From positions 50,220,001-50,284,000 of the forward strand of contig OX597827.1 in assembly GCA_951406725.2 (NCBI GenBank): 64,000 nt of DNA, written 5' to 3'. This document shows, one piece after another, positions 40,927-54,453 of the stretch; positions within the stretch are counted from its first letter, which is position 1, and every line of letters starts with the position of its first letter. Under the pieces are notes generated by a model that did not search any database, was not told the origin of the DNA, and saw nothing but the letters and a program-made list of their open reading frames with translations. Source of the stretch: Octopus vulgaris. Taxonomy: Eukaryota. Both the position numbers and the translations under genes were made by a program.

Positions 40927-42004
40927 TTCAGCGTGTTACGTCCACCATATGTAGATTTTTTAATAGCACCTTACATTCGAAATCTATTTATAACTGCATG
41001 TTTTGCTATGAATATTTCATAAACTTATTTTGTAAAGGTTCAGTATAGTATCTCTTAGTTGGTTAATATTATGCATTGCCTGCCTCATCGCCAGAGATTT
41101 TTTTCTTTTACTATCTGCTTCGTCTGATCAATATTTAGAGTGTCTGCTCTTTCGAGTGGATTTTTGTTGTGATCGCTTTGCCGTTTAAAGAATCTGGAAA
41201 TTTGGTAGTTTCTATATAAGTACTTAAAGGTAGGCGTAAGTGCAGTAATTCCTTGGTATTTTAGATATGTGCTTGTCATTTTTTAAACTTTGAATATCTT
41301 GGCATTTATCTATTGATTTCCTGGTGTCTCAGATTAAGACGAGCGCGAAGCTATGTCCATTTTTTGTCTTGATTGTGCCCGTGAGTGGTTTAGAAAAGTG
41401 TTTCATTAATAAATTTACTTACCGTTGGAATATGATTATATTTCTTCCGAAAGATGTCTGTTGTGAATGTTATCAGAGATGTTAATGTTGCTTATTGTGT
41501 TCGATTGACGGCTTTCTCGGATTTGGTTTACTTTGTTCTATTTACTTGCTTAAAAAAAGAAAAAGATTGTATTGTCTTGGTTTTTTTCATTCTAGCTGTT
41601 TTGAATGCATTTTATATTACTTGGTGGGATTTTTTACTAAACGCATAATACAGTATTAACTTCTCTAAATATCAATTCTCTTTGCTGGTGGAAATGTTTC
41701 AACGGTTGATTTAATTTTTTGATTTGTGAAAATGTTTTGCTTCCGTTTATTGACATATGGATATTATGGTGATGGACTGATAGTAGGGAAAGAGCTAGAA
41801 GATTTTTTGTTGTGGCGGTTAGGTAAGTTAATGAGAAAGCGAAAGTAATGTCGTGTTTGGAGAGGAGCTGTTATTTTCTTGGTGAGGTATGTAACTATGC
41901 TGGGGTTGGGTTTTTACAAAATGCGATAAGCTGTCTGTTCATGCATTGCTTTTGTAGTAGGATGTGGTGTTTGCATGAAAATATCCTTCAAATCTCGTGT
42001 TTAT

Positions 42005-42191
42005 AGGCGCAGGAGTGGTTGTGTGGTAAGTAGCTTGCTTACCAACCACATGGTTCCGGGTTCAGTCCCACTGCGTGGCATCTTGGGCAAGTGTCTTCTG
42101 CTAAAGCCTCGGGCTGACCAAAGCCTTGTGAGTGGATTTGATAGACAGAAACTGAAAGAAGCCTGTCTAAACAGTATATATATATATATAC

Positions 42192-42246
<55 letters not shown>

Positions 42247-42468
42247 GACAGGCTTGTATATGTTTGTGTGTCTGTGTTTGTCCCCCTAGCATTGCTTGAT
42301 AACCAATGCTGGTATGTTTACGTCCCCGTCACTTAGCGGTTCGGCAAAAAGAGGCCGATAGAATAAGTACTGGGCTTACAAAGAATAAGTCCCGGGGTCG
42401 ATTTGCTCGACTAAAGGCGGTGCTCCAGCATGGCCGCAGTCAAAGGACTGAAACAAGTAAAAGAGTAA
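42005..42468 (+). mobile_element. Full-length SINE family A
   Basis: Homology to 1602-2005. Confidence 0.92.
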
Positions 42469-42704
42469 AACAGTATAAAGAGTTATATAATTTGTTGAAG
42501 TTTTGAAGTTAGAGTGTATAATCAGGTTTGGACTATTGATGTTCGCGTTATTCTTTTATTCTTCTACTAGTTTTAATCATTTATCTTTTCTATTTGATGA
42601 ACCCTACGTTGGTAACTAACATAGACACATAGAAACACACATGCAAACTTACACCCACATACATATACATACACACTTCGCGCGCGCGCACACACACACA
42701 TACT

Positions 42705-43124
42705 CTCTTTTTACTTTTTTACTTGTTTCAGTCATTTGACTGCGGCCATGCTGGAGCACCGCCTTTAGTCGAGCAAATCGACCCCGGGACTTATTCTTTT
42801 GTAAGCCCAGTACTTATTCTATCGGTCTCTTTTGCCGAACCGCTTTGTGACAGGGAGGTAAACACACCAGCATCGGTTGTCAAGCAATGCTAGGGGGACA
42901 AACACACACACACAAACACACACACATACACATATATACATATATATATATATACATATATACGACAAGCTTCTTTCAGTTTCCGTCTACCAAATCCACT
43001 CACAAGGCATTGGTCGGCCCGGGGCGAAAGCAGAAGACACTTGCACAAGATGCCACGCAGTGGGACTGAACCCGGAACCATGTGGTTGGTTAGCAAGTTA
43101 CTTACCACACAGCCACTCCTGCGC
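42705..43124 (-). mobile_element. Full-length SINE family A
   Basis: Homology to 1602-2005. Confidence 0.92.
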
Positions 43125-43204
43125 TAAGCTAAGAAACTTCCCATCACGAAAAAGAAATGGAAGAAAAGGCTACAAGTAAATTTCTTTCTTCATTTTTTTC
43201 TTTT

Positions 43205-43500
43205 TTTTACTTGTTTCAATCATTTAGCTGCGATCCTACTGGATTACCGTCTTGAAATGCTTTAGTCAAACAAATCGACCCCAGAACTCATTTGAACCAC
43301 TTAGTGGTTGGGGTGGGGTTGGAGGAAAAACAAACACAACGACATACATATACATATTCACACACACACATAAAGACATACACGTATTTCTACACAATTT
43401 CCGTCTACACCAAATTCACTCACAAGGCATTGGTCGGTTTGGCGCTTTAATAGAAGACACCTACTGCTTCTTAATTACGCAGCTATGCCTGCGCATATGT
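43205..43500 (-). mobile_element. Old degenerate SINE family A
   Basis: Patchy homology, for example TTTCCGTCTACACCAAATTCACTCACAAGGC. Confidence 0.65.
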
Positions 43501-43550
43501 ATGTGTGTTGAAACGTACATACATATCATATATATATATATATATATATA

Positions 43551-43940
43551 CTCTTTTACTCTTTTACTTGTTTCAGTCATTTGACTGCGGCCATGCTGGA
43601 GCACCGCCTTTAATCGAGCAACTCGACCCCGGGACCTATTCTTTTGTAAGCCCAGTACTTATTCTATCGGTCTCTTTTGCTGAACTGCTAAGTAACGGGG
43701 ACATAAACATACCAGCATCGGTTGTCAAGCAATGCTAGAGGGATAAACACACACACGCATATATATATATATACATATATACGATGGGCTTCTTTCAGTT
43801 TCCATCTACCAAATCCACTCACAAGGCTTTGGTTGGCCCGAGGCTATAGTAGAAGACACTTGCCCAAGGTGCCACGCACTGGGACTGAACCCGGAACCAT
43901 GTGGTTAGTAGACAAGCTACTTACCACACAGCCACTCCTA
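43551..43940 (-). mobile_element. Full-length SINE family A
   Basis: Homology to 1602-2005. Confidence 0.92.
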
Positions 43941-43964
43941 TATATATATATATATATATATATA

Positions 43965-44202
43965 CTTTATTAATATAGCTGCAAAGACATCACAAAAACT
44001 GTTACTCAGAGTTTCATATTCCTGTTCGTCGGACAGTTCTGGTTTAGATTCTCAACCAAAACTCTCCGACGAAAGGAAACTTGAAACTATGAGTAACAGT
44101 TTTTGTGGTGTCTTTGCAGCTTTAACAATAAAGCATATTACTCTACATCCGGCATTCGTGTACTATCCTTTCCACACCTTGTTTCATATTTGTGCTTACT
44201 CT

Positions 44203-44205
<3 letters not shown>
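43965..44205. mobile_element. (TA)n-flanked fold-back element with two inverted U4C-variant hammerhead motifs
   Basis: Inverted arms 43965-44047 and 44053-44133. Motifs at 43998-44037 (-) and 44061-44100 (+). Confidence 0.7.
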
Positions 44206-44248
<43 letters not shown>

Positions 44249-44437
44249 AGAAAAAAATCAATCAGAAAGGAACTCTATCTCACTCAAAATATCTTTTGAT
44301 AAGCATAACAAATGCGCAACCGGTAAAAAGAACTTTCACCTAATTAAATACACTCTCCCTTACTTAAATTATTTTGTCAGCATTTTCTTCATTTCCTTTT
44401 TTTATATATCACAACTCATGTTCCACATCTCCTTTTT

Positions 44438-44518
<81 letters not shown>

Positions 44519-44529
44519 AGAGAGAGAGA

Positions 44530-45050
44530 GCCGCTAAGCTAAGAAACTTCCCCTCGCGAAAAAGAAATGGAAGAAAAGACTAGCTTCGTGTAAATGTTAC
44601 GAAGTTAGTTTAACTCAGGATCGATTAGCATGTAATAGATGTTAAATAAATGAAAAGAATGGTGAACGATTAAAAACAAAAGAAATTTCTTAGCTTAGCG
44701 GCCGGACATTTCGAATGATGATATGATGGTGTCCAATAGCACAGCAAGATAAGAGAGTCTGAGAAAAAAAATCCATGTCTACAGCCGGAAGCGGTCAAAG
44801 AGTGGCTGGCTTCGCCGCAAGGTAATCGAAAACTCAGGAACGATTAACGTGTTAATAATACAAGATGAATGAAAACAATGATGAACGATTAAAAAGAAAT
44901 AGAAGGAAAGGCTAGCTTCGCATTAAGGCTACGAGGTTAATTTAACTCACGATCGATCAGCATTTTAGTAATACATGTTAAATAAATAAAAAGTATGATG
45001 AACGATTAAAACCTAGAGAAGTTATTTTTTTAGCTTAGCGGCTGGACATA
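44530..45050. mobile_element. MITE-like unit with 17-bp inverted ends followed by tandem degenerate copies
   Basis: GCCGCTAAGCTAAGAAA (44530) and TTTCTTAGCTTAGCGGC (44702). The internal block recurs at ~44810-44895 and ~44900-45050, and the left end also occurs at 43122-43172. Confidence 0.6.
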
Positions 45051-45074
45051 TCGCGTCCTTAACGTAAGTCCATT

Positions 45075-45992
45075 TATCTGTTAATCGTTAATTAATGAAG
45101 TTATCATTTTCGTTAACGATTTAACTTTTAGGTTAACTTTGAAAATCATTATCGGAATAATTAACTTCCGTTAACTCAAGACCATTAACCCAAAAAATTT
45201 CATGAAAACCGGTAAACGTTTAAAAGTTTCTATTGTTTTGAAATTGTCTTTGCATATTTATTATTGTACGCGTCATTTTTAAGCGCTTTTTTTCTTACAC
45301 ACACACACACATAACACGGCCACGCTCGGTTGGGACTACACGTATGTTACTTTGACATTATCATTTCATCAAATTTGTTTATGGGAAGAAAAATATTGAA
45401 AAAAATCAATAAATGTATGAGTGAGAAAGAAATGAGGTGGGTGGTTTGGGGGTGTGCTTGAAACAACAACCAGATTTCCGTTAAATCACACATTTTCTCT
45501 GAAAGTATTAACAATTATTTTAAAACCGAAAATGTTTCTCTCACAGGTTTTAAGTGCATAGCGAAAAAAAAAAAAAAAGAGAAGTCCCAAATCGTTTCGG
45601 ACTGGGGTGGTGAGGGAGTGGCGGGAGTCAAAAATAAAAATTTTCAAATTTTTTTTGCTTTTTTTTTTTCGTGAAAAGATGCCTTCCATTATTCTAAAGA
45701 CTTTGGTGGGAAAAAAACCCCCGTCAAAACGGAGAAATTCTTTTTCCAATAATTCTTTTCATATATCCAATCTACAAGATATAAGCGATTATTTGGTGAA
45801 AGATTCGTTAAAAAGTATCCATTATTCTGGACGTTACGAGGCAACAAAATCGGTGGTGTATTAAACTGTAGTTAGGCTTTTTTCAATAAAAGTTAACGTT
45901 AACTGATTAACGTTAACCTCCGTTACATTTTCAAAATATTAACGGATTAACGATTAACGAAATTAACTTTTCGATTAACGGTGCCACTTCTG
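45075..45992. mobile_element. Possible hAT-like non-autonomous element with GTTAAC/CGTTAA subterminal repeats
   Basis: Clusters of (C)GTTAA(C) at 45075-45190 and 45890-45980. Right end CGGTGCCACTTCTG; left TIR not found. Confidence 0.4.
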
Positions 45993-45993
45993 T

Positions 45994-46548
45994 ATGGTGG
46001 CTGCCCCCTCGTTATCGAGTATGACCATTGCACGAAGCTTAATCAATGTTGTTATCGTGCAATGCCTGTGCAAGAAGATATTTTTTAAAGTGAGGAAAGG
46101 CTGTGCACTGAGTCAATCTCACTCACTAAGCAACAGCAGCCATAATCCGAAAAGAAGAACAAGTCAACATCATCGGTAACCACTGAGCCGCAGGTTTTAT
46201 GTCGGAGTTATCCCAGTTACCTGAGTTGCCTTCTCCTAGAAGGATGCCCTGACAAAGGCTACGAGTCCTTCACTCCCAACGGTTTAACTGCGCGATCGGG
46301 TATTCAGTCCGATTATTTATATGTCCCCGCGCATGATGCAGCTTTAAGACATTTATTGGATGGCCGTTGACTCTCAAGAGTTCCTCCGCCCTTTGACGGG
46401 TTTTGTTTTTCATCCCGCAGGGTGACCAATAAACACCCTCCTAACCAAGCGAGCTTGGTGGGGTTGCCGGTTTAGTCGCCGGCCATCCGACCATGCAACA
46501 GGTAGTACTGGGTTACATGTTACCAGTAGCACTCGAAAGTGACCTGAC
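45994..46548 (-). mobile_element. Non-autonomous RTE-derived retroposon, copy 2
   Basis: Colinear with 2581-3136, with the same two ends. Confidence 0.85.
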
Positions 46549-46594
46549 ATACATACATGCATACATATCTGTATATGAATATGTATGTGTATTA

Positions 46595-46639
<45 letters not shown>

Positions 46640-46679
46640 TATATATGCACACACATATTCTTTTATTCTCTTAATCTTT

Positions 46680-47084
46680 TATTCACGAACATAGCTGCTG
46701 TAATCAACAACTGTGCAATGGCTCAGTTGCGGACGTCCAGACATTGGGTCGTCTTGAAGACCCTTTCCCTTCAAATTCAGCCGCCCACTTTTGCACTGTC
46801 GATAAAGCCGGAGCGTCATTCCCTAATGTAGCAACCATGTCAACATGAATGTCCTTTTTCTGTAGGTACTTGATAACGTCAAGATGCCAATTCTTTTTCC
46901 ATTTTCAAGAGAAAATACTACTGGTTACTTCTGAAGTCTTCTTTAAAAAATCAGATGTCAGTTTACCCGAAAAGAAACAACGCATTTATTAATAAGTAGA
47001 GTTGAAATTAATACATGCAAGATTTCACAGCTCTTGCATCCATTCCTCCATAGCCAACCTATGAACTTTTCAGACCACCCCCGC
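46680..47084 (-). mobile_element. Internally deleted mariner element
   Basis: TIR-like GCGGGGGTGGTCTGAAAAGTT after TA. VIKYLQKK..DMVATLGNDAPALSTVQKWAAEF..LQDDPMSGRP helix-turn-helix region. Confidence 0.8.
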
Positions 47085-47094
47085 ATATATGTCA

Positions 47095-49495
47095 TTAGTC
47101 AGTTTTATTTCAAGATTTCATGCCAATAGAAGAAGAGCCGGTTTCTAACCTAGATCCAACTCTTCTTCATTGGAATTTCAACATCAACAACAGGCTATTT
47201 TTCTTTGTATGTATGTATGTATGTATGTATGTATGTATGTATGTATGTATGTATGTATGTATGTATGTATGTATGTATATGTGAAGATTTGTATGTTTTG
47301 TTTTATGTTTGTATTCTCATGCGTATAGCTGCTTATCTAGACATGCTCATATATATTTAAATGATAAACTCCTGGAAAGTTTTACAGACTTTTACAGTTC
47401 CAATGATGGATTGGATCTGTAGTCTTCGAATTAGCTTTCTCCTTTCTGGTTTTGAGAAGTCTAAATTCTCAGGATTGGTATTTAGGCAGTGTGTTACATA
47501 TCCCAGAGTCCCAATAATTACAGGTATAAACCTGAACTTGTAATCTGGATAGAGCAACTGCAGATATCTCAAGCAATGTCAGATTTTCCCATGATGTGAT
47601 CAACCAGATGCGCTTTTGATCAGGTGTTAGAAGAAGTGGTACCCACCGAGCAGAAACCTTTGTCATGCCATATTCATTGTGCAAAATATTCTCAACTATC
47701 TTTCGGGATATGCTAATAACTGCAGATATCTCAATAGTTCAGCGTAGGTATTCTTTTTTTCACTGGTCTTCAGCTTTATGTTAACATTCGCTGGGCAGCT
47801 GATTTCTACAACTGTACATAATTTCTCTTCTCAGTCCCAAATTATTATATCAGGTCTGTTGTGCTTACATTTTAATGATGTCTTCACTGGGACATTTTAC
47901 TAGGACTCCTTTTCATTATGTGTGGCTATGACTTCTAACATACAGTGGGTTCTTATGTATTTGTCCTCGGGGATCATCATTCCGCGAAGTCTCCATCGGT
48001 TGTCACATTTTACTGCGTTTCCTCCATCTCTATCACTTTTGCGCATCAGGTATTTGGTTAATATTTCTTGCTCCTGGAGTGCAAATGCATACCCTTCAAA
48101 GTGGGAGGTAGTAATCCGAGTTATTGGTCCATGATAGACTGCTTTGATGATCGATGTTACAATCATCTCGGAGTTTTCTACTAACATATCCATGCATAGT
48201 CTTCTGCTCATATAGGCTTATCCTTTTATCAGATGATACATTGCGGTAGAGTCGTGCGACTTCTTTGGACATGTATTCCAGGTTATTAGACAAAAAATGT
48301 TGCTCAAGGAGCTGCCTTCTATGTCTTATGATGCTATCAGTCTCATGTATGTAAACTTGGTCATGTGATAGCAGAGTTTCTCGCTCATCGTCCTGAGTTC
48401 ATGTTTTAAAGTGATTAGCTTTCCCTCAAGAGCTCGGTGTGAAAATTTGCCATAAAGTTTCTGTAATTTTTGTCTGAGGTAGAGTTGGTGAGGTGTAAAC
48501 TCATTTTCTCCTTACATTTTATTGTTGTAGTTAACCATCCAATATGGCAGCGCACGTTGTTGAAGTTTTCTTCAAGTTTTGTTTTCCATTTAGGCTGTTT
48601 TCGTTTAGTAATTTTGTTACTTTGTTCACTGTAGATTTCTCCTAGTTATTCTTTAAGAGTAATAGCGACTGTGTATATAAGAGTATTAATATTCCAGAAA
48701 TTAACATAAAATGATTCTATGTGCTCTCCTGCAACATCGATGATTACCTTAAACATTAGATCGGTCGGATTTTTTCTCACTCGTGTTGGGAATAGTATGT
48801 TGCTTCGAGAAAGTAGCAAAAGTTTTTTTGCGAATTATAATTTTAAAATGTTTTTGAGTTGGAAGTATTCCGCAGTCTTCGCCACTGAGTCAGCTAAATT
48901 TAGAGACACACTCGAACTTAGCGATGGTAGGAGCAGTAGATTGTATCCATTATTTTTTACGCCGTTTCTGGCAGAGCATCGAGGATCTGTTGACTTTTTT
49001 TTTTTTTTTACAAAAGATGCTTATTGTCGGAGTTGTTTCGCCGTGAAGGTATGAGCTCCGTCCCAGTATTGTTTTAACCGCTTCATATATCCAATTGAAG
49101 GGTCATCTCGGGCTTTTTCATAGCACCGAATTAAATCTTGGTTTAGTTGTTGAGTCCAAGTAAATGAGGAGAATACTTTCGTCTTCTTAAATACCTTACT
49201 GGTGAAGTAGTTCTGTTTTCATCGGTGGTGACGTTTTTAGTTTCATCTGTGGTAGTTTTAGCTTCAGCTAAAATCGCGTTAGCGAGATTCCACGTGGTGT
49301 ACATGTATATTTTAAAATCTGTTCAGGATAGTGCTACGATGGAGAGTAAAAGGTGTTTCTCTTATTAATTGTTGGAGAAATAAACCAGTTACCGATTTAG
49401 GCTGGAGAAGTTGGCATATTTCTAGAGGAAGGCGTTCAAACCGGACTTTTTAAACGGTCCTTTACACCTGCACGTCTAATGTTGACGGCACCATT
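47095..49495 (-). mobile_element. Internally deleted R4/Dong-type LINE with (ATAC)n in its 3' UTR
   Basis: N-terminal WTQQLNQDLIRCYEKARDDPSIGYMKRLKQYW, SHFEGYAFALQEQEILTKYL, KHNRPD..VEISCPANVNI, and FIPVIIGTLGYV. Confidence 0.85.
47573..47717 (-). mobile_element. 145-bp internal mariner transposase fragment flanked by a 17-bp duplication
   Basis: ENILHNEYGMTKVSARWVP. AACTGCAGATATCTCAA at 47556-47572 and 47718-47734. Confidence 0.85.
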
Positions 49496-49670
49496 ATGTA
49501 TGTATGAATGTATGTATGTATGTATGTATGTATGTATGTATGTATGTATGTATGCATATACATACATACATATATATCGTTTTTTTAAAAAAAAACATAA
49601 ATCCGGAGAAAAGTAACTTTAAGAAGTAGAGCAGTAGGGTAACCTTATAAACCGGCCTTCACAAGTAATA

Positions 49671-49702
<32 letters not shown>

Positions 49703-50797
49703 TGTGTGTAGGTATTCATACATACATACATACATACATACATACATACATACATGATTGTATGTGTGTATACATATATATGCGCGTGTGTGTGTGTGTG
49801 TTTATGTTGGCGGGCCTGTGGTTTTTCGTGTTATTTGAAAGGTATGTATATGCAGGATGTAATAAATGAGGAGAATAGGGGATGCTTGAGGAATGAGCTT
49901 CCGAAATTTCCCATGCAAGGCATTGGTTGACTGGTGCCTATAGTAATAGATACTTGTCCAAGGTGCTGCATAGAACGTTCGAATCCCAAACTATGTAGTT
50001 GCAAAGTAAATTTCTTAATTACATAGCAATTGTAAGTTAATATGCTAGAAATAGCAGCCACATTTCCTTCAGCCCATTTATTTTCTTAGAAAAGGTAGGA
50101 AAGGCTAGAATAATATAGTTCTGGATAAATGTTGAGAAATAAGATGAGATGGTCATAGCTAGAACGCTTTGATCATATGTCTGCTTAGCTTAACCAGAAC
50201 AAATATGGGCTTTTACCACAACAAATTATTTCCAAATATTCTCTCATGAATGAAATTATCTTTTCCAGTTGGGTTTTTTTTTTCTTCTTCTTATTTCTTC
50301 ACTTCGTCCGATTCTATTAATTCGCGTCGATCTTCACATTTTATTCGGTTTATAGTATATTCAGTAAAAAGAACGAGTTGTTTCCCCTTAATAGATTCAA
50401 TGCTTCTTTTGTCACTCATTCTCATGCGGTAGGACATGCTGCTGTCACAATTACTCGATGCGACTGCGTACAGAACGAACAGAATATTTCTCTCCCTTCT
50501 CTCCTTCACACGCAATTTCTCTTTTTTTGTTTTTTTTTTTCTCACCCCCTTTTATTTTTTATTGTAGTTATCCATTCTTCTCGATTGTCTCCTTAGGAGG
50601 ATTTCTATAATGTATCTAACGTTCTTCCTGCCGAACCGAGCAAACAGCGAGGTTTCGATTTTCGGTGGTTTTGCTCTTCTTTAATTCTACTTATAATCGC
50701 TAATACCATATTTTTCATCCTTTGCGCATATGTAAGAAATCAATTTTTTCTATCTACCATTTCTAAAATTGCAGTTATTATTTTCAGCTTATTAGCT

Positions 50798-50871
<74 letters not shown>

Positions 50872-50892
50872 GCGACATTCCCCCACCTTTAC

Positions 50893-50977
50893 CCGTTGTT
50901 GCAAAAACATCAATAAATACCATTAGAATTCCCAAGGATATTTTGCATAGAAGCCACAGCTCGTCAAAGATATTCAT
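50893..50977 (-). CDS. Speculative first coding exon (signal-peptide-like MNIFDELWLLCKISLGILMVFIDVFATT, phase-1 donor)
   Basis: ATG-initiated hydrophobic 28 aa followed by G|GTAAAG in a unique, CpG-retaining region. No homology recognised. Confidence 0.2.
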
Positions 50978-51838
50978 TCATCGCTGGCTGAAGTTGTAAT
51001 ATCGAACACTTATTTTCCAACTGAACTGCTGGAATATTTCTAGTTATATGCCAAGCCAAACAATGAGGAAGAAACACTGGCCGTAATATGAAAACGAAAT
51101 GTTGAAATTTCGCAATGAAAACTGTGAAAATAACGTACGGAAGAAGTATAAGTACGAAAGAGAGAAAGTGAGTGTGTGAATGAGAGTGGGTGAGCAAGTG
51201 AGCGAGAGAGAGAGAGGGGACGAAAGAGAGAGCATTTTAATGCTATCTATCTGACAAGATTACGCATATATTTTTCCTCCTCAAATACACATACATTATT
51301 ACTATAGTACACACATAGAACACTACTTATGAATTACAGCATGTACACACACACACACACACATACACACACACACACATACACAACCACACACACACAC
51401 ACACACACACAGAGACTCATACACACACACACACACACACATGTTTATAAATAATAATTTTATAGATATGTAGATTTATGTATTATTTTTTTTAACTGGA
51501 TGTGTTTTTCGCATACATACTGCCGTCATCCAGGTTTTATGAACATTGTAATTTAATGTGAAGCTAAAAATCAATAAAAGCAATATTTCTTTATTCTTGG
51601 GAAACTTGTCTGAACTTATTAGAGTCCGTTACTGAAAGAAAATGTTGATTGAGTCATAAGTAAATTCCAGCAATTTCTATGTGGATATTTCGTCATATTT
51701 TCAACAAGTCTGCTTATTTTTACATCGATCCTTTAAATGCTTCGTCTATGCAAATTCCAACATTTTCTTTATATTTTACACACACACACACACACACACA
51801 AGAAAATATGTATCATTCGCATAACCATACATTGGTAT

Positions 51839-51886
<48 letters not shown>

Positions 51887-51929
51887 CTATAATATATATC
51901 ATACATGTATACATGTGTAATACATATAC

Positions 51930-51970
<41 letters not shown>

Positions 51971-52017
51971 ATAGCCGTCTAAGAGTTGATAAGTCAGGAA
52001 AAAATGCACTCGAATTA

Positions 52018-52081
<64 letters not shown>

Positions 52082-53565
52082 GTATGTATGTATGCATGCA
52101 TGCATGTATGTATGTATCAATGACAATTTACTCATTCGCTTGAGTAAATAAATTCTTTTAGATGTGTTTACATTTGTTCTTCTAAATATGTTCATTCATT
52201 TGCTTTCATTCACCTTTCACCTTTTTTCCCAAACTCTCTTGATTTCTCCCCAAATCTCGCCGTCTTTCCTTCAGTACACTCCGTCTCTCTTAGCAAGTGA
52301 GCACATTCCTCAGTCCTCAGCTCGCCTCTTTCCTTTTTTTATTTTTTTTTTCTCTCTCGTCTTTTATTAAACGAGCTCCACATCTGCACCAAGACAACAA
52401 AAGGAATCGTTATACGTCCACTCTGGAGTACTGTCAATTTATCCACAGTTTTACACTGAGGGGAGAGGATGATTCACAACGGATGGTTGGACAGGCAAAC
52501 CGAGGAGGATGACGAGTAAGTGACAAGCTCTATTTATCAATACTGTGTCGTCTGTTTGCTACCTACTCGGTATACGGGCACGTCATCTCTTATTGTCACC
52601 ATAGTAGTAGTAGTTCCACAATACAAACAAGGGGAACATCGATTACATTTTACTGTTCAGTTCACTCATTGCGACACTAATCTTCGGAAGATTATTTCAT
52701 TAAAGTACAACTTCAGACAACTTATTAGCTCTTAACAGCCAGTTACACTCGGGTTGACAAATTATACTGTTTGACAACAGAGTACACATTTATAAGAGGG
52801 GGCATCTACATGGTCGCTCGATCTGCTATAAAAAAATAGCAGCCAAATCTCTCCAAAATCACATCTCAACAATCTTTAAAAAAAGAAGGACACATGTACT
52901 CCTAAAATAATGTACAGTGTCTGCATAAAATATGGACTGATCACGGCTGGAACTCCTTTGATCTTATGTCTGATTGATCAGGGCCGAACTAGAGTTGAAC
53001 AAGTAAGCATTTTAGTAACATTAATTTACTAAAAATGGTATTTTTGAATTGTCTGCTACTGTTCCAAAGAATAATTTCTGATATCGGTAACAGAAATTTA
53101 TATAAATATAAAGTGAGAAGTAAGTTATGGTACTCATGTATCTCTCAAATAGCGCCAAAAGCAAAAGTGGTTTTAATAAGAATCCAGAAGCTGGTTACAT
53201 TCCAGTTACAAATAATTATTCTTTAGTAGTTGTTGTTTTCCTGTTTTGCCCCAAGTTGGCTCTCTCCGAGCAGACCTATGATCAAAAGTATTCCAGTCGT
53301 GACCATCCCCATGTATTCGAATATATCTAGGTGCACATTATGTAATGCATCCTTCCCATTTGAAGATGTTAAAATGTAATTTCAGAGAATACGAGTGTAT
53401 AGTCGGTGGGTCGAGAGACAAGGTTGAATGTCTCTCATTTGTTATTAAAAGGAATTAAGGAAGATATGAGATATTCCCGACTTTCTGACGAGCATTAGCG
53501 ACATTAGGGAAATGAATGCATTTATAAATCGAAAAAGGAACACCGGAACCTTTCCGTGCCACAAT

Positions 53566-53612
<47 letters not shown>

Positions 53613-54196
53613 TACCTAGGTACAACAGTGTGTGCTTATGTGCTTCTTGGCTGGCATTTACTGATTGCGAAAGGGTGAAAGGCAAATTGACCTCAACAAG
53701 ATTTGAACTCAAAACGTAAATAAAGAAACCAAATATCGTCCCACGATCTAACAATTCTGCAAACGTTATCCTATTTTGATAAATTATAATGAAGATTAAC
53801 ACAACTTAAGCAAGGCACTCACTTACAACCCTAGTTGTAATGTTATCGTAAAGAACATTGGCAATAATAATAACACCCGTAAGAACACTGTGTTGTACTA
53901 GCGACATTGAACTGCAAACACAGTTGCAGTTCGGTTATTTGCACACACACACACACACACACACAAAAAAAAAGAAGTTCCGATAACAGCATAAATGACA
54001 TTCGAAGTCACCCTTTGTAAGTAAGTATTTAGAAACCGACAAATATCGTCACATGAAAGAGATAATGACAAATCCTAGCTGTTTCTAACCCGTCAGTGAG
54101 ATTAAATCAATATGAGACCTTTTTAATCACTTTGTTTCGTTGTTCTCACTTTTTCCTATTTTCTAGTATACATACATACATACATACATACATACA

Positions 54197-54232
<36 letters not shown>

Positions 54233-54327
54233 TATGTATATATGTATATACATATATATATATATACACACATGCACATATAAATATATATATATAAATA
54301 TACATGCATATATAAACATATATACAT

Positions 54328-54406
<79 letters not shown>

Positions 54407-54415
54407 CATATATAA

Positions 54416-54453
<38 letters not shown>

